A stretch of 64,000 nucleotides of DNA from IMGVR_UViG_3300021057_000274:62001-126000; one strand, 5' to 3'. Counted from the first letter of the stretch, positions 8,912 through 18,532 are shown. Translations and numbers: made by a program. Notes: generated by a model from the sequence alone, not told the origin.

Positions 8912-9048
8912 CGTAGTACGTCGACATTCATAAGAAGGATAAGATCGACCTCGTCACTAACATGATCAAGCATTGCAAGGTGCCACACGAGCTAGCGATC
9001 AAGATGCTAGAATACATGAACGCCCGACTCGGCTAGGTAAATAGCCTC

Positions 9049-9471
9049 ATGAAGATTCTTGAAACCCTGCTTAGCGTCGTTGAAGCTAAGACCTCATCTG
9101 ACGACTCAGACCTCGCCAAGAAGGTCAAGGCCGCGCTAGTCGGGAAGACCGTCAAGGCCTTCGGTGGCAAGCCAGGTCTCTACGCCAAGCACGACGGGCC
9201 AGTTAAGTTTGTGATCACGAACACGCGAACGATCACGTACGACCACGACAGCCTGGCTCACTTCGCCTCGCTGAACGTCTACCTCGCGCTTGAGGCTAAG
9301 AATCACATCTACAGGCTAGATTTCATCGGTGACCTGTACACCGACGAAGGCCTCGAGAACGAGATCCGCAAGCTCCTCAAGCCGATCAAGCTGATCACCA
9401 AGATCAGCTACTCCGAGTCGGGCATGCAAGGTAAGGACTTCGTTAACTTCGACCTGCGGCTCGTCGACTAG
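9049..9471 (+). CDS. hypothetical, putative virion internal protein
   Basis: TAAATA at 9038; MKILE N-terminus. Confidence 0.7.
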   Translation: MKILETLLSVVEAKTSSDDSDLAKKVKAALVGKTVKAFGGKPGLYAKHDGPVKFVITNTRTITYDHDSLAHFASLNVYLALEAKNHIYRLDFIGDLYTDEGLENEIRKLLKPIKLITKISYSESGMQGKDFVNFDLRLVD

Positions 9472-9545
9472 TTCTTCTGGACTACACGTCCGCAAAAGGT
9501 GTTTACTTTCTGACTGGACCGTGTTATGATGCTTCCATTGCGGCT

Positions 9546-9553
9546 TATAAATA
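9546..9553 (+). promoter_or_regulatory. T4-type late promoter TATAAATA ahead of tRNA cluster 1
   Basis: Exact TATAAATA 13 nt before tRNA; an early-type promoter also lies at ~9503-9533. Confidence 0.6.
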
Positions 9554-9565
9554 GCCTCAAGCGAT

Positions 9566-9643
9566 AGCGGAGTGGAGCAGCCCGGTAGCTCGTTGGCCTC
9601 ATAAGCCAAAGGTCGTTGGTTCGAATCCAACCTCACGCAACCA
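9566..9643 (+). tRNA. tRNA-Met(CAU), initiator-like 1:72 mismatch
   Basis: Cloverleaf, loop CTCATAA, CCA; bulge in acceptor stem. Confidence 0.8.
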
Positions 9644-9762
9644 GCTCAGCACCTTCCCCGAGGTGCAAAGCTAACTAGCGGTGGATCGCTAGCACAATCT
9701 GAAAAATCAGTCGTTTCTCCACCTAAGCACAAACGACCGTCGGACGCTGTAACCGACATTTT

Positions 9763-9836
9763 GCGGGTGTGGTACAATGGTAGCATGCAACCTTGCCAAG
9801 GTTGAGACGAGGGTTCGATTCCCTTCACCCGCTCCA
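9763..9836 (+). tRNA. tRNA-Gly(GCC)
   Basis: Cloverleaf, loop TTGCCAA, U73, CCA. Confidence 0.95.
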
Positions 9837-9899
9837 GTAGGTAGTTGTAAAAGGTCGACCGCCCACATGGGGCGGCGGATTTGAAGGTACCTACGCAGT

Positions 9900-9970
9900 G
9901 CGGGTGTAGCTCAATGGTAGAGCAACTGCCTTCCAAGCAGAAGACGGGGGTCCGATTCCCCTCACCCGCT
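9900..9970 (+). tRNA. tRNA-Gly(UCC), no genomic CCA
   Basis: Cloverleaf, loop CTTCCAA. Confidence 0.9.
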
Positions 9971-9972
9971 CC

Positions 9973-10046
9973 GAGGTTGTCGTCTAAGTGAAGACGCTGG
10001 GGCCCCAAAATCTCCAGAAACGGTGGTTCAAACCCATCCGACCTCG
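9973..10046 (+). ncRNA. tRNA-like RNA with 11-nt anticodon loop
   Basis: gaggttg/cgacctc acceptor, D and T arms; loop GCCCCAAAATC. Confidence 0.6.
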
Positions 10047-10171
10047 CCGATGCTGGAGTTCAAACGCGAAGCCGGTTTCCGGAGCTAGCTCAACCTGAAC
10101 TCGCAGCAGAAGCATCACAGGGTTGGGGGTTTCGCGGACCTCTGTGTTTCAAGAGCTTTGCTGATGCGTCT

Positions 10172-10247
10172 GGGGAAGTAGCTCAGCTGGGAGAGCGCAA
10201 CGTTCGCAACGTTGAGGTCGAGGGTTCGATCCCCTTCTTCTCCACCA
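10172..10247 (+). tRNA. tRNA-Ala(CGC)
   Basis: Cloverleaf, G3-U70, CCA. Confidence 0.95.
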
Positions 10248-10302
10248 CGTTAGTCCCGTAACTAGTACTCGGGACAGTGATCGGTGAGACTCCGATCAAG
10301 TT

Positions 10303-10378
10303 GGGGCCTTAGCTCAGCTGGGAGAGCGTATGCATGGCATGCATAAGGTCAAGGGTTCGATCCCCTTAGGCTCCACCA
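10303..10378 (+). tRNA. tRNA-Ala(GGC)
   Basis: Cloverleaf, G3-U70, loop ATGGCAT. Confidence 0.95.
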
Positions 10379-10506
10379 ATCGCGCACTGAGCGGAGACGC
10401 TTGGGGCGAAAGAGGGTTCAAAGCTGGTGCTGAGAAGTCGGGGTAAGAGCTAACGCCCAACCCGAGAACCTCAGGATGATGCTCGCTTTGATTGCGTTAG
10501 CACCAA

Positions 10507-10581
10507 GCGGAATTAGTTCAGTGGCTAGAACGAGAGCTTCCCAAGCTCAAGACGCGGGTCCGATTCCCGCATTCCGCTCCA
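10507..10581 (+). tRNA. tRNA-Gly(CCC)
   Basis: Cloverleaf, loop TTCCCAA, CCA. Confidence 0.95.
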
Positions 10582-10683
10582 GCGGGGTCGAGAAGTGGAG
10601 AACTAGGAAGAAATTCTGAGGTTCGCATCTCACTGGCCTCATAAGCCAGACAAGGCAGCGTTCAAATCCTGCCCCCGCAACCA
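10582..10683 (+). tRNA. tRNA-Met(CAU)-like with enlarged D loop
   Basis: gcgggg/ccccgc acceptor, CTCATAA loop, CCA; D stem gaga/tctc encloses ~34 nt. Confidence 0.65.
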
Positions 10684-10759
10684 GTAGAAGCCCGCAACGG
10701 GTCTACGCCAACCGGCTTTAAGAAGAAAGGCTGTTAGCCGGTCAGCCTCAAGGAGCAGT

Positions 10760-11587
10760 ATGATGTACAACAACAAGCTCGCCGTGGCGATCCTCAATAA
10801 CGGCCAGGTGTTGCGCGAACGCGGCGACACCGTCTACCTCCCCTTTGGTTCAGAGTACGCCATCCGCGTCAAGAACCTCAACACGACCAAGGCATCGGTC
10901 AAGGTTGAGATCGACGGCAAGGAGGCGACCGAGGGAGTAGCGCTCATCATCGACCCTAACGAGAGCTTCGACCTCGAGCGCTTCATCAAGAACGGCAACC
11001 TCAACCAGGGAAACCGCTTCAAGTTCATCCAGCGCACCGCGGCAGTCGCGAGGCATCGCGGCGTCAGCATCGACGACGGGCTGATCCGCGTCACGTTCCA
11101 GTTCGAGCGTCCCTACGTGCGCCCGAGCACGTGGCCATGGGTTGAACGTCGACGCAGCAGCTGGACTCTCGGCGGCACTCCCTACGGCAGGCGCTCCACC
11201 GACAACGGGAGAAGCTCTTGGACCGCAGGAGGTCTCGGATCAAGCGGGAGCTCTTACAGCGCTAGCGCCTCTAACTCCGTGCTTCGGTCGAAGTCATCAA
11301 CTGTCTACGACGGTGACGCGCAGTGCTCGCTAGAACCAGATCCGGTCGGAGTCACAGCGGCTGGAAGCGTCTCTGACCAGCAGTTTCAAGTCGTCAGCTC
11401 TCTCAATCTCGATCCTCAAGAGCACGTCATGGTGCTCCGCTTGCTCGGAGAGTCCGCCGAGACGAAGATCAAGGTGACGAAGCCGCTGACGGTCAAGTCG
11501 AAGCCCAAGTGCTCCTCGTGCGGCTTGAAGTGCAAGTCGTCCTGGAGATCTTGTCCGCGATGCAGCACTAGCCTCGAGATCGTCTAG
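10760..11587 (+). CDS. hypothetical protein with C-terminal zinc ribbon
   Basis: GGAG RBS; CSSC..CPRC. Confidence 0.8.
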   Translation: MMYNNKLAVAILNNGQVLRERGDTVYLPFGSEYAIRVKNLNTTKASVKVEIDGKEATEGVALIIDPNESFDLERFIKNGNLNQGNRFKFIQRTAAVARHRGVSIDDGLIRVTFQFERPYVRPSTWPWVERRRSSWTLGGTPYGRRSTDNGRSSWTAGGLGSSGSSYSASASNSVLRSKSSTVYDGDAQCSLEPDPVGVTAAGSVSDQQFQVVSSLNLDPQEHVMVLRLLGESAETKIKVTKPLTVKSKPKCSSCGLKCKSSWRSCPRCSTSLEIV

Positions 11588-11985
11588 TGGGAAGCCGAAG
11601 CCAGCGGCGACGCGATCGCCTCGGAATCCGGGCGACCGGACACACTCCTGAGGGAAAGCAGGTCATGGGCGGGATGTTCAAGCTCGTCAACGAGCACGGC
11701 GTGCCGCTCTCGATCCTGCTCTTCAAGCTTGACGAGAGCGGTTGCGTTCTAGACTGGCAAGACTTCGTGCAAGACGCTCTAGAAGCAGGTTGGACGATCA
11801 AGGGTCTCACCTCACGGGTTGAGGAAGCTCTGATCGACAGCTCGTACAACAAGATCTCGCGTGACGAGATCTTGAGCAGGTTGAAGTTACTCGTCGTAAA
11901 GCTCTACGCCGAGACACAAGAAAGTGAAAAATTCCATGCCAAAGCGCATAAACATCAAGCCGGTCAAGAAGACCAAAACTCCTAA
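11587..11985 (+). CDS. hypothetical protein with AlaRS-helical-domain-like motif
   Basis: FKLVNEHGVPL..E..LD...F resembles AlaRS FRLYDTYGFP motif. Confidence 0.5.
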   Translation: MGSRSQRRRDRLGIRATGHTPEGKQVMGGMFKLVNEHGVPLSILLFKLDESGCVLDWQDFVQDALEAGWTIKGLTSRVEEALIDSSYNKISRDEILSRLKLLVVKLYAETQESEKFHAKAHKHQAGQEDQNS

Positions 11986-12679
11986 GCTCACTCGCATCCT
12001 CTTCGTTCTCGACGAGTCGACCTCGATGGGATCGGTTCGCAACGAGACGATCGCAGGTTTCAACACCTTCCTCGAGGAGCAAAAGAAGATCAAGGGGAAG
12101 GCGACGATGACCCTAGTCAAGTTCAGCTCGGCCCCAAAGATGGTCTTCTCGAACGTTCCGATCGAGCACGTCCAACCGCTCGATCACACGACGTTCACCC
12201 CAAACGGATGGACGGCGCTCTACGACGCGGTCGGCGATGCGATCACGAGCTGCGGTGACCTCAAGCCGAAGGGCGTCAAGACGATCCTCGCGATCCTGAC
12301 CGACGGCGAGGAGAACAAGAGCTATCGCTTCTCGTTCGAGCGCATCACGGCGATGCTCAAGGAGTGCCAGGGCAACCCGAGCGAGCCCTGCGCAGATGAC
12401 TGGGAGGTGCTCTACCTCGGGTCACAGATGGGTGCGCGCCAAACCGCGATCGACATGGGCATCAAGCTCCAGAACGTCGCCGCGTTCGACGTCGGCGCCA
12501 AGGGCATGTCCGACGCGATCAAGACGATGTCGGCGACGGCCTCGTCCTACCGCGGAATCGACCAGAACATCGGTGGAGTCTTCTACGCCGCCGGCGCGGT
12601 AGACACCCAAGCGATGTACGAGACGATCAAGAAGGAGATCACGACCACAACCGTAACGACGAAGAAGGCCGACAAGTAA
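11936..12679 (+). CDS. von Willebrand factor A domain protein
   Basis: LDESTSM MIDAS, TALYDA, TDGEEN. Confidence 0.9.
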   Translation: MPKRINIKPVKKTKTPKLTRILFVLDESTSMGSVRNETIAGFNTFLEEQKKIKGKATMTLVKFSSAPKMVFSNVPIEHVQPLDHTTFTPNGWTALYDAVGDAITSCGDLKPKGVKTILAILTDGEENKSYRFSFERITAMLKECQGNPSEPCADDWEVLYLGSQMGARQTAIDMGIKLQNVAAFDVGAKGMSDAIKTMSATASSYRGIDQNIGGVFYAAGAVDTQAMYETIKKEITTTTVTTKKADK

Positions 12680-12687
12680 CGAAAGCT

Positions 12688-12715
12688 TTCGGGGAGGCTC
12701 GCGAGCCTCCCCGAA
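12688..12715. terminator. GC-rich hairpin, probable terminator
   Basis: 13-bp perfect inverted repeat after vWA stop. Confidence 0.55.
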
Positions 12716-12757
12716 GCCCGCGGTTTACCTCTCGCGTCTCTCATGATATAATTTCTC

Positions 12758-13708
12758 ATGAGCAATTCCTACAACCTTCAATTTCAGAAGGATCGGACCT
12801 TTCTCAAGGCCTACATGTTGGGGAGAGGATACTCCCTCGGGCTCAAGGCTCTCGGCTTCTCAGAGCGACACCACACCGGACTCAGGAAGGACAAGCAGAC
12901 CCCGGAGTTTCATCACCAGGTTCAGATCGCTCTCTCGGTTCTCGATCTCAAGGGGCTCATCAACGAGGAGCTCGCGATCGTCATCGCTCTCCTCCATGAC
13001 GTTCAGGAGGATCACCGCGTTCCGACCGAGGCGATCCGCCGCGAGTTTGGCGACGATGTCGCCTCCGTCAACTGGAAGATGACCAAGAAGTTTGTCGAGA
13101 CCGACGGCACGCTCACGGTCAAGGACAGAGAAGCTTACATCATCGATCTCTCACTTGACGCGACTGGTTCGATCGTCAAGGGGCTTGACCGAGTCAACAA
13201 TCTTCAGACGATGATCGGCGTCTTCACCGTCGAGAAGATGCAGAGCTACGCCGACGAGGCGGAGACGATCTTCCTCCCGATGCTGAAGAAGGCGTCGAAG
13301 CACTTCCCCGAACAACATCACGCGTATCAGGCCGTGCAGCAAACGATGAAGCGCCAGCTCAAGTGGATTCGCGCTTACATCGACTTGCACCAGCGCCTCG
13401 AAGCTCACATCGATCATGTCGAGATGGAGCACGAGGCAACGATCGTAGAGCGAAACGCGGCGCTAAAGACGAACGCTGATTTGCGTCACTTCACAGAAAC
13501 TCTTCAAGAGAAAAATCGAGGACTCGCAGAGATTGCCGCCAAAGGGGTGACGGAAATAAACCGCGCGCTGATTCGTGCCGTTGCTAAAGCGCTTCTCGAG
13601 AACCGCGTGACAGGTGACAAGCATGACAGCGTCTTACAGCGTCTTGCATGGCGTCATGCGCGAGCTGGGCATCTCCGAGCTCGAGATGATCCAATTTCGC
13701 GACGATAA
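12758..13708 (+). CDS. HD-domain (p)ppGpp hydrolase-like (RelA/SpoT HD) protein with coiled-coil tail
   Basis: H.G.RK...P..H, LLHDVQED, K..DRVNN; possible indel near 13645. Confidence 0.8.
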   Translation: MSNSYNLQFQKDRTFLKAYMLGRGYSLGLKALGFSERHHTGLRKDKQTPEFHHQVQIALSVLDLKGLINEELAIVIALLHDVQEDHRVPTEAIRREFGDDVASVNWKMTKKFVETDGTLTVKDREAYIIDLSLDATGSIVKGLDRVNNLQTMIGVFTVEKMQSYADEAETIFLPMLKKASKHFPEQHHAYQAVQQTMKRQLKWIRAYIDLHQRLEAHIDHVEMEHEATIVERNAALKTNADLRHFTETLQEKNRGLAEIAAKGVTEINRALIRAVAKALLENRVTGDKHDSVLQRLAWRHARAGHLRARDDPISRR

Positions 13709-13800
13709 GGTGAGCGGAGACATCAACCAGACCTAACTTTCCTATCTCCCAGCGGCGGCCAGGTTAAATAAGAGGGCCAACTAAAGCTCGGAGATGTGAA

Positions 13801-14208
13801 TTGAAGCTAAACGAACTTAAGGCCGCGATGATCCAGCGGTTCTTTAAGAGCACCAACGGTCTAGGTGACGATCGTCTCGACGAGATCCTAGGGTCTCTAG
13901 GGACCGCGATCACAGAGGAGATCGACAGCTTCTTGACCGTTGGAAGCTCCGAGTCGCATGAGGCTAGCAAAGCCTTCAGTCGATTCATCTCGGGTGACCG
14001 GGCCTTCCTCACCGTCTGCGAGGAGGAGGGCCACAAGAACAAGATCTTCTTCGCGGCGCTCAGGTCAGGAAAGAAGATCTCCTACGTCGACCTGTCGGAC
14101 GGTGAGATCAAGGTTGAGCTAGGTACCTTCGCGCAGATCAAGGAAGCTCTCAAGCAAGCTCAAGCGCTCAACGACGACATCTTCTTTGAGATCGCGGTCG
14201 AGGGATGA
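13801..14208 (+). CDS. hypothetical, putative virion internal protein
   Basis: TAAATA 13765; MKLNEL. Confidence 0.7.
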   Translation: MKLNELKAAMIQRFFKSTNGLGDDRLDEILGSLGTAITEEIDSFLTVGSSESHEASKAFSRFISGDRAFLTVCEEEGHKNKIFFAALRSGKKISYVDLSDGEIKVELGTFAQIKEALKQAQALNDDIFFEIAVEG

Positions 14209-15635
14209 GGATCACCGAGGTTTACCGGCGCAAGACTACCCCCGAGGGGTGGATCGAGATCGGCGAGATCGGCCGGACGATCTTTGGTCAACAAAATCAG
14301 TACTTCGCTCGATACTTCGAGATGCCCGAGATCGTCAAGGACCTGCGGGTGAACGGCGACCCCGCCGACTATCACAGCTGGTCGATCCACCCCGACGACA
14401 AGGACAAGTTCGTTGAGCGCGTGAGAGAGCATTCAAAGAGCAAGGGACTAGCTGAAGCCGACACCCCACCTTCACCCAAGCCGGAAGATCCAGTCAAGCA
14501 GGAGATCAAAGCTGAGGTTACTAAGCGAACGGGGTCGGCGCGCACCAACTTTGCTCAAGAGTACCAGCGACGCTCCGCTCGCCAGGCAGAGATCAACGAG
14601 CTGAGCAAGCAAGGCACCTCCGAGCTCAACATCAAGGAGGCGATCATCAAGATCGCCGAGGACGATAACAAGGCCTACCCCCAGTTTCACGGCAAGTGGA
14701 AGGGCAAGGACTGGCGCGTGATGCGGTGCAACCACCGCGTCAAGACGAAGGGTTACCCAGCCGCCGAGAGGGGGGACCTCGTGCTAGCCAAGAAGGAGCC
14801 TGCGCAGGAGCACGAAAAGCACAAGGGCGACGAGCGTGTCACCTTCTACTCGATCCGGAACGCCGTTGACACGATCAGCATGAAGGCTAAGTCATTCGTG
14901 CCGCTCTCTACCGTGACAGAGAGTAAGACTGAGATCAAGAAGCTCTTTAAGAAGGGTGGCTTCTTAAAGTGGAACAACATCACGAACAAAGAAGCTCGCG
15001 AAGCAGGAATCGCACCTAACGACCTAGTACCTGCGACTTTGAATCAAACTTACGACAAGAAGATCTTGGGGCTTCGCATCGACGGACGGCCTTATCTTCT
15101 CAACGAGGGTCATCCCGGCTTCGACAGCTACTACACGGTGCGACGTGCAGGAGGCTATGAGGAGTACGAGGTCGCGAAGTTCTCGGACCGCAAGGAGCCT
15201 GAGTACGTCGAGTGGGTCAAGAAGAAGGACGACAAGAACTTTGAGTCATCCTCTCACAGCTTCCGCAAGATGGGGCAGCTTGACAAGTCGATCGTCATCG
15301 TCAAGCAGTTCATCGCGGACGGTGAGCCTGACCTCGTCTACTACACCGTCGAGGAGAAGCCAAAGCGTCACGCGGTGAAGCACAAGATGGGCGGCGAGGG
15401 CCCGCAGCCAGACATGTTCTCAGAGGGAAGGTTGGGAGATCTTCAGGCAGAGCTCACTAGACTGAAGGTACCTAGCTTTCACATGAACGCCGTCATGAAC
15501 GCGGCGACGCAAGCCTCCTCCTACACCGATTTCGTCAGCATGCTCAGAAAACGCGAGCTTCTCCTGAAGCACGGCAACGAGGGGATGGAGGAGATCTACC
15601 GCACCGTACGCTCGATGATGAAGAGGACCTCATGA
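14205..15635 (+). CDS. hypothetical, putative virion internal protein
   Basis: 476-aa ORF, MRITE start, coupled. Confidence 0.8.
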   Translation: MRITEVYRRKTTPEGWIEIGEIGRTIFGQQNQYFARYFEMPEIVKDLRVNGDPADYHSWSIHPDDKDKFVERVREHSKSKGLAEADTPPSPKPEDPVKQEIKAEVTKRTGSARTNFAQEYQRRSARQAEINELSKQGTSELNIKEAIIKIAEDDNKAYPQFHGKWKGKDWRVMRCNHRVKTKGYPAAERGDLVLAKKEPAQEHEKHKGDERVTFYSIRNAVDTISMKAKSFVPLSTVTESKTEIKKLFKKGGFLKWNNITNKEAREAGIAPNDLVPATLNQTYDKKILGLRIDGRPYLLNEGHPGFDSYYTVRRAGGYEEYEVAKFSDRKEPEYVEWVKKKDDKNFESSSHSFRKMGQLDKSIVIVKQFIADGEPDLVYYTVEEKPKRHAVKHKMGGEGPQPDMFSEGRLGDLQAELTRLKVPSFHMNAVMNAATQASSYTDFVSMLRKRELLLKHGNEGMEEIYRTVRSMMKRTS

Positions 15636-16138
15636 AGCTTAAGACTGTCTTGACCGAAGCCCCGAAGTGGACAAAGCACCCGACTCGCAAGGGGGTACTG
15701 ACTCGCACGATCTCACCTGAAGAGCGGAAGCGTGAGGAGGAAAAGGAATCTGCTCCCAAGAAGAGCGCGAGCAACGAGCAGAAGTGGCTCCAACCGATTC
15801 CTGAGCTGGACGTCTCGGAGATCAAGAAGGCGTGCAAGAACGGAGGTAATGACATCGGCGCCGAGATCGAGGAGGCCACGCGAGGGCAATCCTTCGTCAA
15901 GGAGGTCACGTACGATCCTGAGCACATCGGGGTCCCTGAAGCGAAGCGGAAGTATAAGTTCAAGAGTGACAGCGACATGCCGAAGCGCAAGGTCGCAGCC
16001 GTCAAGTATGACCTCTTCGTCTACTACGACGCGAAGGAAGCTGGGATCGAGACCGACGCCGATCACGTCGAAGAGATGGTGAAGATCATCATCTATCGTG
16101 ATCCGATTAACCCGAAGCGCTTGATCGGAACGTACTAA
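15632..16138 (+). CDS. hypothetical, putative virion internal protein
   Basis: MKLKTVLTE start. Confidence 0.75.
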   Translation: MKLKTVLTEAPKWTKHPTRKGVLTRTISPEERKREEEKESAPKKSASNEQKWLQPIPELDVSEIKKACKNGGNDIGAEIEEATRGQSFVKEVTYDPEHIGVPEAKRKYKFKSDSDMPKRKVAAVKYDLFVYYDAKEAGIETDADHVEEMVKIIIYRDPINPKRLIGTY

Positions 16139-16139
16139 G

Positions 16140-16697
16140 TTGAAGTTCAAAGCTTTTCTCGCTGAGTCGGTCACCTTCGGCGCGACGATCCATCGCGTAG
16201 AGAAGGACGGGCAGCGCTCGCATGACTTCACTCCGTTCGAGAAGGAGAAGGAGATCGACTGTCGTGAGTGCCACTACCACGGCAAGTCCGAGCACTGCTG
16301 GATGTGCAAGGGAACGGGAAAGGAGAAGGTTTGGGTGACCGACTACGACAAGATTCAGCTCTCAAACTCGGGCGCGCTCGCCTTCTTGAGCGCGATCGGT
16401 GAGAAGGTCAACGGCGACGAGAGCTTAGTCGGCGGGTGGGATAACTCGGAGCTCCCTGAGCTCCGACGGAGGCTCATTCGGATGAAGAACGGCGACCTAA
16501 AGCACCATGAGACGCCACCGAGCGATGAGCAGCGCGTCCGCGGGGTCAAGCATGACGGAAACGTAGCGACGATCGAGCGCGGCCCTCGCATGATCAGTTA
16601 CGGACGAACCGCCGCACAGTACGGCGAGCTGATCGACGACTTGCTCAAGCTCATCGACTTCGCTCAGAAGCACGACGCAGGAGTGAGCTGGGCATGA
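16140..16697 (+). CDS. hypothetical with CxxC..CxxCxGxG zinc finger
   Basis: MKFKAFLAE start; CREC..CWMCKGTG. Confidence 0.75.
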   Translation: MKFKAFLAESVTFGATIHRVEKDGQRSHDFTPFEKEKEIDCRECHYHGKSEHCWMCKGTGKEKVWVTDYDKIQLSNSGALAFLSAIGEKVNGDESLVGGWDNSELPELRRRLIRMKNGDLKHHETPPSDEQRVRGVKHDGNVATIERGPRMISYGRTAAQYGELIDDLLKLIDFAQKHDAGVSWA

Positions 16698-17263
16698 AGA
16701 TCATCGAGCTCGTCGAGGGCGAGGTCATCAACATCGAGGACAAGCTTACCAAGAAGGTCAGGTCAGAATTTCGTGACAAGCTCAGCAAGATTGCCGACGA
16801 CTTGCCTCGCGCTTTCAAGCAGCAAAAGGACCAGGAGAACTGGCTCTCAGACGAGCTCAAGCGAATCAAGGAGATTCCGAACAAGGAGTTCGGAAAGGCC
16901 GAGCTCATGAAGGTGCGTCCGCTCTTCAAAGATCGCGTCGGTGGCTTCCAGATCACCGACGCGATCGTCAGCAACATGCATCGCCTCGAGTGGATCAGAG
17001 ACGGCGAGGAGTACGATAACTCGGCGACCGGCGAGACCAAGGAAGAGTTTGAGCTCGCCAAGAGGTACTTCAGTGAGAACCACGAGAAGCTCATTCAAGT
17101 TCTTCAGAAGCAGATCGACGAGCTGCGAAAGCTCGCCGAGGAAGCTCGCAAGCTGAAGTGGTACGCGCCGTGGGAGCGCTACTCGATGTACGGGTACGAC
17201 CTTCATCAGTACAAGCGTGACCTGGAGTCCCTCAAGCAGTTCAAGAAAGCGTTAAAGCTCTAA
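16694..17263 (+). CDS. hypothetical, putative virion internal protein
   Basis: MKIIELVE start. Confidence 0.75.
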   Translation: MKIIELVEGEVINIEDKLTKKVRSEFRDKLSKIADDLPRAFKQQKDQENWLSDELKRIKEIPNKEFGKAELMKVRPLFKDRVGGFQITDAIVSNMHRLEWIRDGEEYDNSATGETKEEFELAKRYFSENHEKLIQVLQKQIDELRKLAEEARKLKWYAPWERYSMYGYDLHQYKRDLESLKQFKKALKL

Positions 17264-17325
17264 ATTTCATTTACTTTTGAGTGATTTTGAGTTAAAATGC
17301 CTCTATTGCTACTTCGGAGGCGAAC

Positions 17326-17805
17326 GTGGCGCAAGTCTTTGACCTGAATGAGCTTCTTCACGAGGACGCGCTGCCTTGTAGCTTCGCGTATCTCGACATC
17401 GACGAGCTTCAGATGACGGTCGGGGACTTCTTCTCACGCAACTACGCTCGCGACCTGGTCAACTTCACCCCGATCGACTACCCGGGCTCGCAGCACAAGC
17501 GCGTGCTTCAAGCGTTTCTCCTGCGTCAGCCGATTCCCCGTTTCATCCTCGCCAACAATGACTCTAGCGGCGCCCTGAAGATTCTCAAGGGCCACGCGAT
17601 CATCGAGGCGATGGAGTACGTCTATCGCAATTACAAGAGCACCGACAGAGCGCTCGCCCGCCGTGTCCTGACCTCGATGATCACCTTCACGATCGTTCGT
17701 CGACACAGCGAAGCTCACAAACCCTTCGGTCGATTCGGTATCGACAACGAGACGCTCTACCTGAACTTCCTCAAGTTTCTCGACGCGTGCAACGAGTCGC
17801 GCTGA
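17326..17805 (+). CDS. hypothetical, weak DUF262/ParB-like
   Basis: LL..PIP.F.L segment; GGAGG RBS; early promoter upstream. Confidence 0.5.
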   Translation: MAQVFDLNELLHEDALPCSFAYLDIDELQMTVGDFFSRNYARDLVNFTPIDYPGSQHKRVLQAFLLRQPIPRFILANNDSSGALKILKGHAIIEAMEYVYRNYKSTDRALARRVLTSMITFTIVRRHSEAHKPFGRFGIDNETLYLNFLKFLDACNESR

Positions 17806-17987
17806 GTCTCGTCGCTCTCTGCCTCACAGGATGCGCCTCGGTCTGCCCTGAAGACACCCAGCGCCACGTCATCGCGAAGACGGTCGGCGGGCTCACCCAG
17901 TACTCGGTACCTTATGTCAGCCGAATGCCGGTACCGGTCTACGCGGAAATTCCAGTCACCGTCAGCGTCTGCCGCCCGGTCGAGTAG
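17787..17987 (+). CDS. small putative lipoprotein
   Basis: Hydrophobic N-terminus with LTGC lipobox. Confidence 0.55.
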   Translation: MQRVALSLVALCLTGCASVCPEDTQRHVIAKTVGGLTQYSVPYVSRMPVPVYAEIPVTVSVCRPVE

Positions 17988-18049
17988 TTCACAAGAACTA
18001 ACGGCAGTGTTTACAAGCTACTAGATTCCGATTACAATTACTCCAAGTT

Positions 18050-18422
18050 GCACGGAGGTCCGCAAGGCTCAAGTCGGACTAGGCAGGCCCCACAAGGGTC
18101 GAACAGCAGTTCGAGCCTCCCACGCAACCCAGTTACGAAGGTTCTCCGGGTGGACTCCGGGGAAGAGATCGCAGTATAACGCCAGACCCTGTCGGTTAAG
18201 AGCCAGGGACCAACCGGTGAGACCGTGGACGCCGAGAGGCAGAGGTCAAGTCCGGGAACCCCGCAGGGCGGACTGGGTATAGCGGCCGATCGTAACGCTC
18301 TGTGGAATTCGTTTTGGATCCGCGGCTGGTGCAGTACGCAGTTCGCCACTACGCGCTGAGGTACCGAGGTGAAGAGGCTCCAGATAGACGGCCGTCTAGC
18401 TGGAGCGGATAGGGTCCAAAAC
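18050..18422 (+). ncRNA. unassigned ~370-nt structured RNA
   Basis: TTTACA-N17-TACAAT promoter; multiple nested stems, GNRA loops; no credible ORF. Confidence 0.55.
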
Positions 18423-18532
18423 AAATTGCACAAAGTTGTTTACAAGCGAGGGAGACTGTGATACCATCGCTCTTCGAGTTGCACATGATTAACCTTTTCG
18501 GAAAATTGAGCACCGGTATAAATACCAGCACA

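Noticed and set aside
17985-18180. TAG readthrough of the lipoprotein ORF
   Set aside because: The extension is low-complexity, crosses a promoter, and lacks the GTT-TCC context.
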